In this document: in pieces, positions 61,722 through 64,000 of the stretch
How positions within the stretch are numbered: position 1 is the first letter of the stretch
Layout of the letters: the number at the start of each line of letters is the position of its first letter
NCBI GenBank assembly: GCA_000182565.2
Contig: KQ257459.1
Source of the DNA: Spizellomyces punctatus DAOM BR117
Taxonomy: Eukaryota
Strand: one strand, 5' to 3'
Length of the DNA: 64,000 nt
Notes under the pieces: model-generated
Seen by the model: the letters and a program-made list of their open reading frames with translations, nothing else
Told to the model about the DNA's origin: nothing
The model's database searches: none
Made by a program: the position numbers and the translations under genes

Positions 61722-62028
61722 TGCGTACTGCACCGTATCGAATGTGTGATGGAAGCATGAATCCACTACAGCGTAAAAGTGAACCAAAGCTATAATTATT
61801 CAGTGCATTATCTCCGCACTGCCCTCCCTTTTTACAGTCTGCTCGCTTGCAGGCATTGGAAATAGGCTGGGCAATGCTGGTCAACCGGAGTCAGACGTAA
61901 GCGATTATGTAAGCATCAGTCAGCAATCGTTGAACCTTCCCAAAACGGCATGATCGGCTGAGTGCGCGGACGCCTTTTGACGACGATTCGTTCGAGGCGA
62001 TGCGAGTTCACCTCGATTTCACCCACCA

Positions 62029-63269
62029 ATGTCCCTTTTCACGTCCTTCTCACCTGCCTCTCTCGTAGCCTTGAATGTTCTTTTCTTCTATGGGCTTACG
62101 TTTTTGACCTATTTTATTATCCATGCATTACCTGTGTCCGCCTTAAGATCTTGCATTCTCTTGTCCATATGCGCAAGCTATCTGGTGACAACGCCATTTA
62201 TCCTACCACACCCCGGGCAATATGCTCGTTTGTTCATGACGACAATTGCATGGGTATTTGGTAAGATTGATAAGTGTTTTTATGTAAGGATTCATAAAAT
62301 ATTGATTGTAGTCCACGTGTCAGCCCTTCGGACTTGGGAGATCCTCAATAATGCTGCTCTTGAATCATCAATAAAGGGCAACGTCAGGCACTTTTGTGGA
62401 TATCTACACGCCTTTGTCGACAGAAAGAACCCGCATCTTCGAGATCCAGGCGAGCGCCGGGAGCGGTTTTTGAGGAGAACGGGAAGGTATGCGCTCATCA
62501 CCTACACCACGTGATCAGACCTTGCTTATGTGAGGCTGGTAGGGGCATCCTCAAGCTTGTGGGCTTCCACTTTGCGTCCTGCACCGTTCCGTTCCTCAAT
62601 GGGTCTGAAGCTGCAGAATTCTGGGCGGGGACGACTTATTTATCACCTTCTCGATACATTGCAACCGTGCTAGCAGGCCTGATCATGTATTTATGGATGG
62701 GCGGTATCGCGGACGTGTTGTTTTCCATCATCGAGTTTCTATTACGAGTTCGTACACGGGACATGTTTGAGCGGCCCTACGCGGCTACATCTCTACGGGC
62801 CTTTTGGAGATGGAGATGGAATGGGCCTTTCCAAGAATGCCTGGCAAGGGCCATCATTGGTGGCGGCCCGAACGAAAGAGTGAGATATAATGAAAAAGAA
62901 AAGGTGGACGAGGAAAGGAATGACGCGAAACCTCCTTCGATGTCCGCAACCATGCTTGCTGCCTTCAACATATTCTTGCTATCGGGAGTCTTTCACGAGC
63001 ACGTGAACTTTGTTGCATTCAAGGAAGTCTCTGCTCAAAATTGCATGTTCTTCCTGATCCAGTTCGTGGGACTGGCTATGGAGCTGCAGTGGTCTCGAAC
63101 AAAGATGTACAAGTCCTTGCCCAATCCCCTAAGATGGTGTGCGGTGCTCCTCTTTGCTGCATTGTCAGGGTCCCTGTTCGTGGCACCTTACATGCACAAT
63201 GGAGGGTTGAAGGCTTTTCCTTTTCCAGATTTTGGATGCGTTTCATGGTGGCCGCAAATACACCTCTGA
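62029..63269 (+). CDS. MBOAT-family (wax synthase-like) acyltransferase
   Basis: MFERPYAATSLRAFWRWRWN and FLLSGVFHEH…FFLIQ motifs; multi-TM. Confidence 0.85.
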
Positions 63270-63327
63270 GCAGCGGGTATATAGAACGTATTTAATATAT
63301 AGCGAATACAATCTAAAGGTAGTTGCA

Positions 63328-64000
63328 CTATTCGACGAATCTGACGACAATCTGATCTGCTATGAACTCGGCAGCTTCGACCTCGGCTTGACTTACCCCC
63401 ATTCGGATCGCCCCTCTGAATAATTCATGTGCGTTAATGAACGGACAGGGCAAGCCTTAAAAAGAGCATACCTTCGATGACTCTCCACCTGCTTTGAAAC
63501 CGCGCCGCCCTGAACCTTCAAGGCTGCGACCATTACCAATTCAGTATCCTTTAAATCCAGAGCATCTCCATTAGATAACACTTTGCCATACGACTCAGAC
63601 AATATAAGTGGCAGAAGGTCTGGGTGGATACCAGATAGGATTGTTTTCAATCTCGTTGCTATACGCCAATGATGAATAACTCGCGATCCGAATGACCAAC
63701 TGGCCTTGTGCATCCCACCTGAACGATTGTATATCGTATCAAACATTTCCTCCCCACGTGCAGTCCAAGCTTGAACATCTGAAAATCCTTCAGGGATTCT
63801 AGAGGCTGCTGTTGTATCTTCCAATTCCTTCCATGCTTCAGGGCATTGTTCCATGGCGGCCGTTCGGAACTCTGTTAAACCATTGATGGCCTTTGACAAA
63901 ATCAACATTAATAGTCTTAACAGCACTGCACTAGGAAATCTCTGCTAACCTTTGGAGTACCCGCAACGGTATAAGCCTGCATCATTCCCAAAAATGCACA
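63328..64000 (-). CDS. AhpD/carboxymuconolactone-decarboxylase-like protein (3' part only)
   Basis: RGEEMFDTIY, HPDL…SESYGKVLS…LDLKDTELVMVAAL…QVESHRR|AIRMGVS; 5' end lies outside the window. Confidence 0.65.

Overview
Eukaryotic genomic DNA, gene-dense with short GT-AG introns, most likely from a chytrid fungus. Spizellomyces punctatus or a close relative is my inference from gene content and a Fanzor omegaRNA-like motif. About 20 protein-coding genes are present, including an RA-PH adaptor, malic enzyme, I78 inhibitor, PPR protein, orphan 7TM, ABCB/MDR transporter, aldo-keto reductase, Zn-finger Nudix, F-box/SPRY, VOC-fold protein, SF3B3/RSE1, NDUFA4-like, LRR-RhoGEF-PH and MBOAT. There is a repeat-rich zone at about 25-36 kb with an assembly gap. 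Three highlights. (1) At 2.2-2.84 kb, a protein-less Fanzor 'ghost'-like cassette: TATA promoter, spliced micro-ORF and a SpuFz1-type omegaRNA scaffold whose guide matches a CATA-TAM-flanked site at the cassette's own upstream edge for 11 nt, forming a 13-bp direct repeat. (2) At 48.4-55.4 kb, a head-to-head pair of an intron-containing, bacterial-type secreted solute-binding protein and a Kelch/class-C GPCR lacking a Venus-flytrap domain, suggesting a split sensor. (3) A four-copy non-coding promoter-hairpin-tandem-array-AATAAA element family interleaved with MITEs. Family assignments come from motif recognition and memory, not database searches, and exon boundaries were inferred by eye.
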